A stretch of DNA of 62,679 nt, filler included, from Rhabdomonas costata (Eukaryota): NCBI GenBank assembly GCA_019059605.1. It is 35 parts of 35 records of this genome, joined end to end, with 100 filler letters (N's around TTAATTAATTAA, not from the genome) between each part and the next. Parts side by side here need not be neighbours in the genome. Positions count along the whole stretch, not along the records: positions 12,565 to 14,260 come from JAHMHO010010528.1; positions 14,361 to 16,056 come from JAHMHO010010529.1; positions 16,157 to 17,852 come from JAHMHO010010530.1; positions 17,953 to 19,647 come from JAHMHO010010531.1; positions 19,748 to 21,442 come from JAHMHO010010532.1; positions 21,543 to 23,234 come from JAHMHO010010533.1; positions 23,335 to 25,029 come from JAHMHO010010534.1; 28 more parts are not named here. The stretch is one strand, 5' to 3'. The notes below the pieces were generated by a model. It was not told the DNA's origin. It did no database searches and saw only the letters and a list, made by a program, of their open reading frames with translations. The position numbers and the translations under genes are program-made. Each line of letters opens with the position of its first letter. Position 1 is the first letter of the stretch. This document shows positions 12,565 through 25,129 of this stretch, one piece after another.

Positions 12565-14061
12565 CCAGCTCCACCCCAATCGTCACCCGCTTCACCTGCT
12601 CCACGCTCAGCCCCGCGCCCTTCACCCCGATCAGCTGGTTCGCCAGCGGCCGCAGCTCCAGAAGGTCCAGCACTAGCCTCACGATGTCCTCCTTGGCCTC
12701 GTCGGAAACGGTGCTGTTTAGAGGAGTCGACGAATCTCACCGCGGCGCGCCAACCCAAGAATGTTGCTCGTCAAGTAAATCGCCCAACGCTTCTGGGACT
12801 AAGCTGAAGCAACCTCGCGCTGCTGACTGTGTGTGGTGCTTTATCTGCATTGCAGGTGTTTCTTTCTCATCTCTGAGGCAGTCCGAGGGCCGAGCTGAGA
12901 TGGTGGTGGTGAAATTGAAAGTCACAGCGAGATCAACAAATTCAGCAAATCGCGTATGTGTGAAGTGATGACAGACGATAAGACGATGAAAGCGCCCGCT
13001 GTTTCACGATGGCGGCGCTTCCGTCCACGACACTTCCCGTTTTCTACCCCCCCCCCTCGCGTAACACAGAAGGGGGTCTCAGTGATGAAAACAACCCTCT
13101 GCTCCCCATCTCATCAATCGTCATGACTCGGACCCCCTTTCTCCACCACTACACCAATAACTCTCCAGACTTTTACTGCGCGGCTGTTTTACCTACAGCA
13201 GCATGGAAACAGCAGAGCGTCAGTGGAGCAGACCTGGAGAGTCTCAGTCGTGCAGAGAACCGCAGGGCCTCCAGCACCGTCGCCGCAGGAGTGTGCAAGT
13301 CCAGCTGCTCGACATAGCTTTTGGTTTTAAGGTGTGAGCGCAGACGTAGGGAGCCGTCATAGCTCATGTGCGAGTGTAGCGTGCGCACAGGCCCTGCATC
13401 CATCCAGGACACTCACAAACTCTCCTCCGCAAAGGGGCCACTTGTATTTTTTGGGGTGGTGCATTCAGAGGTAGTTGACGGAGCTAACCCAACCCCCGCG
13501 CACTATAAACAACCTTCACAAAATGTGTCTGATTCCGACGTTTAGTGGCGCAAAACGTCCCTGAAACGTCCCAACCCATCCGCCGGCTCCGGCCACGCAA
13601 CAGACTGGCCTCCGCACCACCTCAAATAATTGAATCCCTTTGTACTGCGATGTCTTGGGAATCGCCCTTGCGTTCCCACCTACACGTTCAGCAATGCACA
13701 ACGTTTAACACCCCCCCTCCCCAATACAGTTGTTCCCAAATCAGGACTAGAACTGCCCGCTGCCGTCCGCCGCGAGGACTGAATTTAGCGCAGCGGGATG
13801 AGGATTTTCATTGGGGGAGGGGATAAACTCAGCAGACCCAGAGATCCGGCCAAACTCCACCGGGCTCATCGTTCGCCCGTTCAGTAGAATGTCCCCAGTG
13901 ATCTTCCCCGTGGTCTTCCGCCCGCCCAACACGTCCAGCAGGGTGGTCTTGCCTGCGCCGCTGCTCCCCATTAGGGCGGTGACCGTGCCGGGCTTGGCGA
14001 AGCCGCTAACCTCGTTGAGCAAGGTTAGGTTGTAACGCCCACTTTCTCCAGGAAGGTCAAC
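12565..14061 (-). CDS. PDR-type ABCG transporter, second nucleotide-binding domain (exons 14061-13838, 13317-13234, 12713-12565)
   Basis: [32 protein letters not shown] (Walker A), GYVEQLDLH...[13 protein letters not shown] and [16 protein letters not shown]; joins phase-consistent. Confidence 0.95.
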
Positions 14062-14127
14062 CTTCAAGAGGGGAATTTACGCATACGTCACCTAAGAATG
14101 CTACCCTATGAGGTGTTCGAAATGTGC

Positions 14128-14252
14128 TTCACCCTGGCCCCCTATCCCTTAACGGCTCTTTTTAATTTACGAGGGTCCAGTCATCCTGACTCAGGACGAC
14201 TGGACCCTCGTAAATTAAAAAGAGCCGTTAAGGGATAGGGGGCCAGGGTGAA
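14128..14252. repeat. Near-perfect 125-bp palindrome at contig end
   Basis: 62-bp arms with one mismatch, centred on 14190, followed only by CCACAAAA before the spacer. Confidence 0.95.
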
Positions 14253-15197
14253 CCACAAAANNNNNNNNNNNNNNNNNNNNNNNNNNNNNNNNNNNNNNNN
14301 NNNNTTAATTAATTAANNNNNNNNNNNNNNNNNNNNNNNNNNNNNNNNNNNNNNNNNNNNGACGCGACTAAGCGGCGTTTCTAATGCAAGCGAACCACCC
14401 CATTGTAAGTATTCATATCAAACGAGCGAGCTGGTAGGACGGTTGACCACAGCTACCTCCGTTGAGCTTTCTAAATCCTCTGCTGCTTCACAAGCCAAAT
14501 GTCAGGACACGAGCACATCAAAGCAAGTGCAGCAAATTCCAGAAGCCCCCTCTCCACGTGAGTCCGCACACGTTCGATTGGGGTGAGAGGGCGCGTCCCC
14601 GTCTCGGCTCCAAAGCAAATTGTGGGGGGTTTAAAAAGAAAATCGAAAAAGAAGGGGAGGGAAAGCAACGGCTCTGCAGCATGAAGGGTTCGAAACAACA
14701 CCTGCTCATCAAATCGAGAACTCTCTGGTTGGAAAGGAAAACCACACAGCTACGGCATATACTGTGAAGCGCAACGGCACAGTGACTGAAGGAAAGAATC
14801 TGCGCAGATTCCCGTAGTACCGGAGTTGTGTATGTGTGTGCGTGTTTGTGGATGGAGATCATTCGGAAGCGTACAAGTATTCACAGAAGCTAAACACGTC
14901 GTGAAGAATGATGCAACAAAGGGAATGGGAGGCAGAAACAGAAATGAAAATAAAACGAAGGAAAGCATGTGGTTTGTGTTTTCGAGGGAAATGGGGAACT
15001 CAACTGCACAGCAGAGAGTGCATCCAGGTCTATGTGGGCCCCTCGGGACTGGGCATGGGCGCCCAACACGCGCACAGCCATCTGACCGCCTGCGCCGCCA
15101 TGTCAGTGCGAGAGAAGAGTTTGGAGAATGCACGTGAGCACGGATCCAAGTTAGGGAAATGCCGTGTCTCTCTCTCTGTGTGTAGGAGTGTGTAGAA

Positions 15198-15229
15198 AGA
15201 AGGAAGGAAGGAAGGAAGGAAGGAAGGAA
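15198..15229 (+). repeat. (GGAA)n microsatellite
   Basis: About seven tandem GAAG units. Confidence 0.9.
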
Positions 15230-16659
15230 CACCTGGGGACAGTCTCCCAGGTGAAACAAGAGACAATGATGGCATCGACTGTAGGGCGCAAGGGCTGGAG
15301 AGGGAGTCCAGGGCACCCTCAAAGAAGCATCGGAAGCCCATCATTTCGGATGCACCACTTGAGCGAAAAGAAAGCAAAAGATAAAGGCAGCAAAATCAAC
15401 GCGCGCGTCAAAAGCCGTTTCCCAGCACAGGTGCTGATGTCCACGGGGTGCCTGTCACGAACTGAAATCTGGGTAATACACCCAGCCCCGAAAGCATATA
15501 CACCCCCGACATCAATGGTATCAGGGTACCTTGCGCATGCAGCTTCCGTAGTAGCGGATGGCATGCGGACTGCACATGCACACAGAGATCCACGACATGG
15601 TGGGCACACGGTGAAAGAAGACAGCAAAAGGAAGACAGCGACAGAAAGTCAGAAAAAGGTGAGACCAAAAGGGAGGAAAGTACTGAACACAAGAGACAAC
15701 CGCTCCTAACAGGCCTAGCACAGTAAAAACCGCGACAACACCAGCCACATCAGTCAGCTGACAGAACTCAATTTAAAAAAGGATCCTCTCCATAGTAAAA
15801 AATGGCAAATAATTCCAAAACTTTCCGGTACTCCTTGCCCGAAGCTCTTGTTTTTTACCCAAAGGCATAGTCCTACCCCTGAAATTCTTTCTTCCACCAT
15901 GATCTTCCCTTGCTCGCTTGTGAAGTCCCCAGGATGCCCCAAAAAGATTCAAATTTGACCTTATACGACCCTAAACGACATAAAATGCTACAAAAAAGAG
16001 CCAAATTAGGTAAAAAAAATAGTCCCAAATTGGGAAAAAAAATAGCCCAAAAAACANNNNNNNNNNNNNNNNNNNNNNNNNNNNNNNNNNNNNNNNNNNN
16101 TTAATTAATTAANNNNNNNNNNNNNNNNNNNNNNNNNNNNNNNNNNNNNNNNNNNNGGGTGTTGGTGGTAGTCACGAAGGATGGGTCTGAGCGCAGCGAG
16201 GGAGCCATCCGTAGTAGGGTGTAGGGGTAGGCATCAGGCGTAGCATCTTGGGCTCATGCGGGCGGGCATTCTGAGTTCGGAGTGATGGGTGGGGGTGTAA
16301 AATTCCACGTGGGTATTTGGTTTCGTCTTTCGGTCTTTGATTTCTGGCAGGTGGCAGATGGCAGCGAATTACTAACTGAGCAGGAAGCTGGGTGTGGGAT
16401 ATTTCGAGGGGACTTCCACTGAGACACGCTGGTCAGCATTCCGTTTTCATGCCACTGCGATAACAGGAACATGCACATACACGCGGGGGAGTAAACACGC
16501 AAATACACACACAAGCATACCAGAGCATGTGTCCCCACTGAAAGAAACGAAAAAAAAAAGAAGTCCACAGCGGGGAAAAAAGAAGTCCACACAAGAGATC
16601 TTAGGGGCACCCAGAAAGTAAAAGCCCGTGGGCATCGGAAAGGGGCAAGAAACGCATAC

Positions 16660-17091
16660 CAGTGGATGTTCGGAGTAGAGAGACACCAACAGCTTGCTTC
16701 CGTCCCGGCGTACCACAGTCTGCTCTGGAAGCTGAACCGCTGAGGGCCCAATTCCCACCAAAGCATGAAGTGAATGAAGAGAAGTAAGAGCCGCACCAAA
16801 AAGCCAGTCAGGGAATTTCCTGTGCTCAATCTCAAGAATCATTACCGCGGCGATGTCTGTACTTCCAACTATCGAGGTCACAGAGGCAACAGATTTTACA
16901 CCATATAACAGAACACGGCAAACAGAAACCGAAGTCCTTACCGTGCGCAATGCGGTGCGCCCAAAGTGAGTGCAATGCATACGCGGCCTGAAGTAGTCCT
17001 CCGGCTCCGTAAACATCCCGTCGCCATCCAGAGAAGTCTCGCTCTCGGGAGAGGGCGAAGGCTGCCTCACCAAAAGGGGAGACTCCGCCAT
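16660..17091 (-). CDS. EFM7/NNT1-like protein methyltransferase, N-terminus (exons 17091-16983, 16739-16660)
   Basis: Phase-1 join gives ...GMFTEPEDYFRPPVQLPEQTVVRRDGSKLLVSLYSEHPL|, resembling the Efm7 N-terminus (LFEEPEDF..P ... LRLVGxSPLW); both donors GTATGC. Confidence 0.65.
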
Positions 17092-18093
17092 TGGATCGAA
17101 AGGCAGCGGTTTTTCGGGATAAAAAGGAGGACAAATCGTTCTGCCTCAACAAAGGGGAAATCCATCTGCACGACAGTTCAACGACCAAAATAGCGCATTT
17201 TTCATTGGAGAGTCATCATTGGTGCTGGGCGTCTTCCTCACCAGCGTAGCATCGCAGGAAATTACGTTCCGAAGGGTTTTTGGGGCAAATAATGATGTTA
17301 CCAACGACCTTTTGGGGATAAGCATAACAGCTGCCACCAACAAAAGTTGCGAATACTTCACCTCTTGAAGGCTGCAATGCTGCTCCAACTTTGGTGAGGG
17401 GGTTGCGAAATCCAAGGGGCCAAAAAACCACCAGGCCAGCTTCGAAAACTAAGTTCACAAAACCGCGCAAATAACCAAATCCAAGAATCAGCGCGGGAAG
17501 CAGTAGATTCACTCAAATCACTTGACTTGGTACGCCTTCCCTTTACCTGTGGCTTTCGGGCAGCCACGAATGCACAAAGCCTGAGAGTTTTCAGATGTGA
17601 TGGAGTGGTGTGGGCAGGCAGCTTGCCAGGGTGTCCGACAGCTCGTACAGGGCTACAGTCCTGGCTGCTTTCTGAGTGACGGTTGACGAGTTCGCCTTGA
17701 GGCAGCAAGGCTGTTCCTGAAATGCCGTAACAACAACATCACAGTGAAAAAGTGCACGATAAAAGCAAAGAGCAGACGTTTCGAAAGTAAATAAATAAAG
17801 AGGTTTTGACATTTCCGCATCATCACACAGCATACACTACATCCAAAAAACCNNNNNNNNNNNNNNNNNNNNNNNNNNNNNNNNNNNNNNNNNNNNTTAA
17901 TTAATTAANNNNNNNNNNNNNNNNNNNNNNNNNNNNNNNNNNNNNNNNNNNNGGTTTGGGTTTTTGGGGAAGGGTACTGGCCATGCGGACACCCGGATGT
18001 GACCAGCGTGCCCCACCGTTCCCGTGGGGTTGAGCTCTGAGATTCAAGTGCATGACAGTGCTGGGGGAGCTTTGGCCTGACACTGTTCTGCAG

Positions 18094-19134
18094 GGGCCTC
18101 GGTATGGACGTGGGGCAGTGCCTGCTCTGGCACTGACGAGGCGTCCATGGGGGCGGGGTTCCCCTGTGAGGTGGCGCTTCGGCTGTCGCGGAGGGGGGCC
18201 TCCCCTGACCTGCGGTCCGTGGCTCGGCGAGCCAGTATGCCGGGGGCGGAGGAGGTTCTTCCCACGGCTTCTCCATGGACGGGCAGGTGTTGGCCCACCT
18301 TCCCACTCCAATCCCCGCCCTATCCTATCCCATCCACACCTGCACCACGCCAGCACCTTCATGGCTGTAATTGATGAAAAGTGAGCTTACAACTAGTGAG
18401 AGTTTCCCAGTAAGCATGCGCTTCATAGCAGCCTTGCCTGTCGTGTTGGGTGTTGGGGTATGTCTGTGTCTCAATCGTTTAAGGCCTGATATTGGGAGGA
18501 CACTGCAGTCCCGCAGGAACCCACTCGCCGTGTGCTTCTTTCTTTCCTTCCGTTTGCCAACCAGAAACGCGCGTGTGCACTCCCAACCATGTGCGTTTGC
18601 CTCCCTCATCCAGGCGGACTCTCTGTGTGCTTTATTTTAACGGGCGCCAGCAAGTGCTCAGCGACGGGTTTGCGGTCGAAACTTCTGCCACGCTTTCCAG
18701 TGATCATCGGATTCCGACTTTCCAGCATAGTACATGTATTTTTATGTGTGAGTCTTTATTCAGTTGAAAACAACCTATCCACAATGAAGAAGTTGAACGG
18801 TTTTGGGGATGATCTTGTTTCGGCCTCAGCTCTGGTATCACGTCGGATGAGTTGAGGTAAGATCCGTTGCGATCTCTGAACGGTCTCCGCAACCCACATT
18901 CTCCTCTGAGCATTCCACTGCCCCCGTTTTTTTTCTCGCTTGCGTGCGTATGTACGCTGGGGTCTTCTTCCACAGCGAGGCCGTTCCAGTGTGCTGTGCC
19001 CACCAGTGCTACGGCCTCACCTTGACGCTGCGGTGGGGTCAGGCCGGCTTCTCCCTTGCCACCCCCCGGAGGTGCTGCGCGGCGCAGTGCCCTCCCTCAG
19101 GGTCTCTGTGTCGGCAGAGCACTGCTGCGGAGAT
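18094..19134 (+). CDS. Possible RCC1-repeat-like protein fragments
   Basis: GC-rich segments bounded by CAG/GT encode GASVWTWGS... and ...LRVSVSAEHCC; only weak resemblance to RCC1 repeats. Confidence 0.25.
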
Positions 19135-19866
19135 GGTGCACAAAAGGGTTAGCGTGGGACTTTTGCGTTGCATATTGGGGGGGGGTCGAGGGGCATGGTT
19201 GAGCGAACTTACTTCCTATTTCTGAACAGCTCAGCGACTGCGCTGTTGCAAGCCAATGACTCAGGAGGAGTTGCTGTGGCTTGCTTCTGGAAGGTGTTCT
19301 CGCTTTTCCCAAAGTACAGGACACCTTCCACTGACTGATATATCTCCGCGTGGGCATCATATCCTTGTCACTGGATGGGGTGTTGGACGCAGGGGGGACA
19401 CCAGGCGCGGAGTCCCTTGCTCTTCTCGGCGGTCTGGTCTCCTTCCCTGTTCATGTCGGAGAAGACGCTGGCGACTTGCCGAACAACAAAGAGCACCAGT
19501 TGCAGGCTTGTCCTGTCAGTCGTTGACTCATCACTGCCACCCACTCAAAAACCCACAGCCTCGGTTTTCCGTGACACGACCATCGCACATGCATTGTCCT
19601 CGCCAGGTAATCCAAAGCGCGATGCACAACAGACGAGAGTTTGGGCGNNNNNNNNNNNNNNNNNNNNNNNNNNNNNNNNNNNNNNNNNNNNTTAATTAAT
19701 TAANNNNNNNNNNNNNNNNNNNNNNNNNNNNNNNNNNNNNNNNNNNNTGGTGTGTGTGCCTTCTCTTTTCAGTCGTGTTGCACCCTTTTCTTCCATTTCC
19801 TTCCCACAAAAATTTTCTTGCCTTTTTTTCTTCTTTTTGAATGAAGAATGTGTGATCCTTTGCCAG

Positions 19867-21321
19867 AAGCCTCGGGATGATGCGAATATCAAGTACCCAA
19901 CGGCCAGGTTGCGTGTGTCTCCTCGGACCTTGCCCGCCTCTGTTCTAGCTGGCATGTGTGAATACGAACCCCAGTACAATCCGAAGGCTGTCGCTCGAGA
20001 TGATCGTCTCAGGTTTGACGTAGTCTCTGGTATTTCTCCCGCAACGATCTCCCGCAACCTCCAGTCGTTGGTTGACTTGAAGCTCAAAAATTTTGGAGCT
20101 GGGTCGACTGCCGACACAACTCCAGAATATTTGAAGGAGCTGGAGTTGGGCCGCGACCGAACTCGCGTTTGCTTGGCTTTTGTCCTTTTTGGATGGTTTT
20201 GCAGCTTTGGGTTGCACCCGGAGCATCCTTGCTTCCAGCAGTGGATTTCTCAGCTCGAAGACAGCGCAAAAGAAAAAGGCGTGGCAATTGGCAACGATAC
20301 CTTCAAAAAGAGAATTGCTTTTCTTTGGGACGAACTACACCGCTTTGACCAGGAAGAGCGCCTATACGGGGTCTGCCTGCATCCCCTTCCCACTTTCTAC
20401 GACGTTCGTGTACAACAGGAGCGGTATTGTTATCGACTGTTTGGCGCCACTGTGGAAGAAGCGCGATACACTTTGCAATTATTTGATAGCTGTGTTTTCT
20501 CCTGTGGTGCGGAGGGAGCTTGGATAAAGCTTCGTCCCGCCCCTGAGCTGCTCTTCTGCAACCCATCGGCCTATGACGAGCTTTCACGCAATGTCGGCGC
20601 CACTATTGGAGTGGCATTTTGCGACCATCTCAAATCCCTAAAGGAGGCATTGTTGATGGACTCTCTGGAGAATCTCCTCCATCCTTTTGTTGTTGCACTG
20701 ATGAAACTTGCTCCTGAAAGCCCGAAGCGTGCTACTGCTGCAATACACAGCTTTGCCAAAAAACTGGTGGCTGGATCCGCCCCTCATCAAGCTGCGACAC
20801 ATTTGGCCTTTTACCAAAGGATTGGAACCTCGAGTGGCATGGCGGTTTTTGTACAGGAAGTGATTCTCAAAGAATTCTGTGCATGTACCTTGGCCGTCTG
20901 CGAAAGTGCCGTCAGGGAGCTCGGGTGGCTTTCCGAAAAGGGATGGCTCCATCCTCCTATCACTTTCCCCGCTCAATTGGATTCTGTGAGAAAGGTTGCG
21001 GTTAAACAACGCGATGACTTCTCCCCCGTTACGAGAGAACGGCTGCAAACGTGGGTGCAACCCCTGGAGTTTAACAGTGGTACGGAAACCCCAAGCCTGC
21101 CGCAGGAGGAAATTATGAAACCGGTTCAGGATGGTTTGACAAGCGTGAGACCCGTCCCTGTGGTAAGGTTGTTTTCTCTCAGAAGTGTGGTTCAGAGCAG
21201 TCCAGTTCTTCCGGTGCAACAGACAGGAGTGGAAGTGGCTTCTGGATTTTCTGCTTCTGTACTTTCAGTTGGCAGCGTGGTAGACTGTGGCTCTCTTCTG
21301 CATCTACGTTGCGAGCAAGGT
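19867..21321 (+). CDS. Large uninterrupted exon of an unknown protein
   Basis: Stop-free for about 480 codons after a pyrimidine-rich tract and CAG at 19864-19866; no family recognised; 3' end confounded by a fold-back repeat. Confidence 0.7.
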
Positions 21322-21434
21322 TTCGGGGTTCTACGTGTTCGGCCTGGTAGAGAGTGCTCTTTGGTAGACCTTGCTCGCAACGTAGATGCAGAAGAGAGCC
21401 ACAGTCTACCACGCTGCCAACTGAAAGTACAGAA
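21255..21434. repeat. Contig-terminal inverted repeat (67-bp arms 21255-21321 / 21368-21434)
   Basis: Exact reverse-complement arms with a 46-nt spacer, followed by ACACAAAA and the spacer. Confidence 0.95.
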
Positions 21435-22283
21435 ACACAAAANNNNNNNNNNNNNNNNNNNNNNNNNNNNNNNNNNNNNNNNNNNNTTAATTAATTAANN
21501 NNNNNNNNNNNNNNNNNNNNNNNNNNNNNNNNNNNNNNNNNNTGTGGGGGGGCGGATCAGTTGCTTTGCTGGGGTGTTAGCCACGGTTCTTTGGCAGAAG
21601 TCCGGGTGCTGGGTAGAAAAGAGATTCACGATATTGTTCATTGTTCGATGAGAATCCATTATCGTTCGCTGTTTCTCTGTGTGTGTGTGCGCGCGCGCCG
21701 AATTCGATGGCTGCGCATAAATACCAGAGCTAATAGCTGTTACTCAGCGAATGCCCGGATGGGTTTGCGGAGTTTCTGAAAGGCTATCACCCAGGTGATC
21801 GACACAACTGCCCCTAAGTGAAATAAAAAAACAGGAAAATTTAGTAAAATGATAACTCAACACCGGACCCTAAGCCTACACCTCAGAGCTGTAGCACAGG
21901 CGCTTTCAGAACCTGTGATAACGGTGTGTAGTGCTCATTTCGGGCAGCTCCAGCCTCTGAAGCTGTTGGGCCTATCTCAGCATCTGCGCTTTGGCTTGCC
22001 GTTTCTGCCGTAGTCGAGTGCTGGTGGGCGGCTTAAGAAACGTTGGGGTTGGGTATCGAGGGCGCCTTTTGAAGAGACCTGTGGACATACAGCCGCACCC
22101 AGAAAGAGACAATCAGCTCAGGAAAGCGTTGTATGTAGTCTCCTGACTGATGGGCAAACCGTGTCACCGTTTTGGGGGTGGCTTTAGATTACTGCAGTGA
22201 CTGTTTGCGGGGGCAAGGAAGTGTGCTTTGGGTGGTGTGGTGGTTTGGGGGTCCGTGTGTGTGTGCGTGTGGGATTCCATCAG

Positions 22284-23009
22284 AACTACAGTGGCACGGT
22301 GACGCTGCGGTCCTCGATCGACGCTTCTCACCAGGGGGGCCCTGCCCTGGACAGCCACGGCTGCCAGGCCAGCACTCAGCTCACCGTTCTGCAGCGGCGG
22401 CCCGTGCCTGGCAAGGGGGTGCTAATGCTCGCCCAGACCACGGGCAGCCGGGTGGTGATCGGGGTGTACGCCCAGCACAAGCTGATGCAGGGCACCAGCA
22501 CGTGGATGGAGGACGTGGAGGGCGAGGTTCGAACGCACGCACACACACACACACACATCAGCTGTTGGGACACTTGGGACGCCGTGGGTGTTCCAACTGA
22601 CACGCATTCCGCTTTTTGCCAGTCCAGTAAGGCGCAAAGATCTCTCCTAAAGACCTCGAAGGGCACCCAAAAGACCCACTAGACCTTGAAAATGGTGAGC
22701 GGAGCGGACCGCTCCCTGTGATAGAGTTAGGAGAGAAGGTTTGAGTCGAGATGGTTGCTGCACTGAGTCGGGCTGGCGTCACAGACCCCTACCTCCGGGA
22801 AACCGCGGGTAGGTCGCGTGCCATGCTGGGGTTGAAACGAATGTGCAACCTGTACCGCTGCCCTACACTGCAAAATCACGGGAGTATGGTTCCTGTGCTG
22901 AACCGCAGATCTGTGATGAAGAGCTGTGCATCAGCGAGCAGTTCAGCTTCATCGCGGCCAAGGACTCCACGTACAGCCTGCACAAGCTGGTCAGCATCTT
23001 CACCAGCCG
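22284..23009 (+). CDS. Glycoside hydrolase family 65 N-terminal domain (trehalose/kojibiose phosphorylase-like; exons 22284-22526, 22909-23009)
   Basis: NYSGTVTLRSSIDAS...VLMLAQTTGSRVVIGVYAQH and ISEQFSF...YSLHKLVSIFTSR match GH65-N motifs (NxSGxxxxRSxxD; KxVxxxTSRD); phase-0 join. Confidence 0.7.
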
Positions 23010-23215
23010 GTACCGCGGCTCACGTTTTCTCCTTCCTCGTTCTGTCGCATCCTTTCGCTGGCCTGTCGGGGCAGCTGTGGATTCCGGTTCAAGATGGCAT
23101 GCTGACAGGGCATGCAGCATGACATCCCCTCCCCCTCCCTCCACCCTCCATTCCCATCTCATCTCACCGATTATATTTTTGCATCAAATCATCAAATGAC
23201 ATCACATCCCGTGAC

Positions 23216-23233
23216 GTCACGTCACGTCACGTC
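23216..23233 (+). repeat. (ACGTC)n short tandem repeat at contig end
   Basis: GTCACGTCACGTCACGTC. Confidence 0.7.
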
Positions 23234-25129
23234 GNNNNNNNNNNNNNNNNNNNNNNNNNNNNNNNNNNNNNNNNNNNNTTAATTAATTAANNNNNNNNNN
23301 NNNNNNNNNNNNNNNNNNNNNNNNNNNNNNNNNNGCTTCTTGAGTTCGTGAGTTGTTTTGGTAAGCAGGAGGGTTTCCATTTTCCGCTGTGATGGGGAGA
23401 ACGCATTGGGTGAGACTTTTCTGTCTTCGTGTTGCATCCCAAGTCGCATTTGGATCTGGAAGAAAGCAGAAAGCGGCCCCTACCCTGCTTTTATTTTTTC
23501 TGTTTTACAGCTCCCTTTGTTCTGAATTCCACACTCAAAGAAAACGAGGACTCAACCGAACTCCGTGGCGGCGGAGGCCGCGGCGCCGGACCAGACCCCA
23601 GGTCGGGCCGAGTCTTCTCTGGAGGTCTGCGTGGGGTTTTTTCCTTCTCTTTGTGTGAGCGTTGTAGGGGGTTTACGGGTGAATGCTGGATCTTCCTTAC
23701 GGTTATCGTTCCACACCATAAGCTTTCCGATCGTGAACAAGGCAAGCTGTGTAACTCTCACCCTTTGGCTGCGAAGGGGTGCATGTGGAATAGCATTTTC
23801 GCCACATGCCAAGAAATGCAGTTGAACAAGTGGGAAAAAGGACCCCCAGGAAGGTTGACAATTGCTCATCCATGTTGAAATGTTGAAATGTTGCCGTACC
23901 CCTTGCACCCGGTGGGAAGACGATGCAAACAAAAACAGGACGAAACCCTTTTGCCCAAGTTGCATGTTCGAGATAACGTTGGCTTTCGGGAGAAGGGAGG
24001 CTGTACCGAATCCCCCACATGATACGTTTGATGAATACCCATCCCCTATGCCTTCCCTGCATCTTTTTTGGAATGCGTCTCCAACGGTCACAAGGGCAAT
24101 TCAAACGGTCTCGGCAACAAACAAGAATTTATTTACTGGCATTCGCTGTGAGACGTTGCTGAGCATTGATGATGAAGTTAGCAAGATACGCAAGGCTGGA
24201 CCTGTCTTTCCCTTTTCAAACTGTGCCCGCAAGGTCCCATGTTGAAACCGAACCTTTCTAAGTTATGCGGACCCTATCTTCCCACCCAGCTTTGCTTGTC
24301 CCCAGCCTAATCCAGCTTGCGTCTACGCTTGGTATACGCGATATAAATGCTCTGCTTGTTCTACCCAACCCGATGCCCATTGAGTGAGTGGATGTGGGTG
24401 GGCGGTTGCAGGAGGAAGGCTACTTCCAGGTCGTGTTCCGGTCCCGGAGGGTGAGATTCCGCATATGCCCGCAACGACACGACGGGAACCGGATCGAGCG
24501 CAAGCTCTCCAAGCACTTTGAGGTACATCTTGTTTGTGAGTATACACAGGATGGAGGGACGCACCTCTCCTCTTTCTGTCGTTCTTTAGAGTTATCCAGC
24601 AACACATCGTCTAACCCCGAGTGCCGGTCTAAGGACCTGCAACAATTGTCAGGGATCACCTCCAAAAATGGGGGGGGGGTCGGACTAGTTGCTTAGCTTC
24701 GCCCTTTAGCTGGTTTTTTTTTCGACCGGAGGACCTGGCATGGGTATCATAATTTGTAGCCCATCGGCGTTAGTCTCAGGCCAGGGAGCCCCCCACCCAC
24801 CCAAGAACCCCAGCAGCAGAATAGTAACAAGTGAAGTTGTAAATGACAGTCAGGCCACCCAAGAATGCGGCGTTGTTCCAAACATGCAGAGTACCATGCA
24901 AAAGGCACACCCGCCTGCCTGGCATGCCCGAGCAGTCTACCACCAACCCAAACACACAGGAATACTACCCAACCCACTATCACTATCACGCTCACATCGA
25001 ACCTTAGCCATCTAGTTGATGTCCACCAANNNNNNNNNNNNNNNNNNNNNNNNNNNNNNNNNNNNNNNNNNNNTTAATTAATTAANNNNNNNNNNNNNNN
25101 NNNNNNNNNNNNNNNNNNNNNNNNNNNNN

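Noticed and set aside
14128-14252. Long hairpins at 3589, 14128, 21255 and 52046 as MITEs, hairpin telomeres or RNA genes
   Set aside because: All four abut a contig end and finish in a few G/T or A/C primer-like bases, and one duplicates coding sequence; best explained as fold-back amplification chimeras.
15455-15570. Protein kinase exon (PHAIRYYGSCMRK, minus strand)
   Set aside because: Only 13 residues; the neighbouring exon joins in phase only in a different frame and no other kinase motifs were found.
22284-22526. Profilin
   Set aside because: The superficial beta-strand pattern is better explained by GH65-N, which the next exon (KLVSIFTSR) supports.
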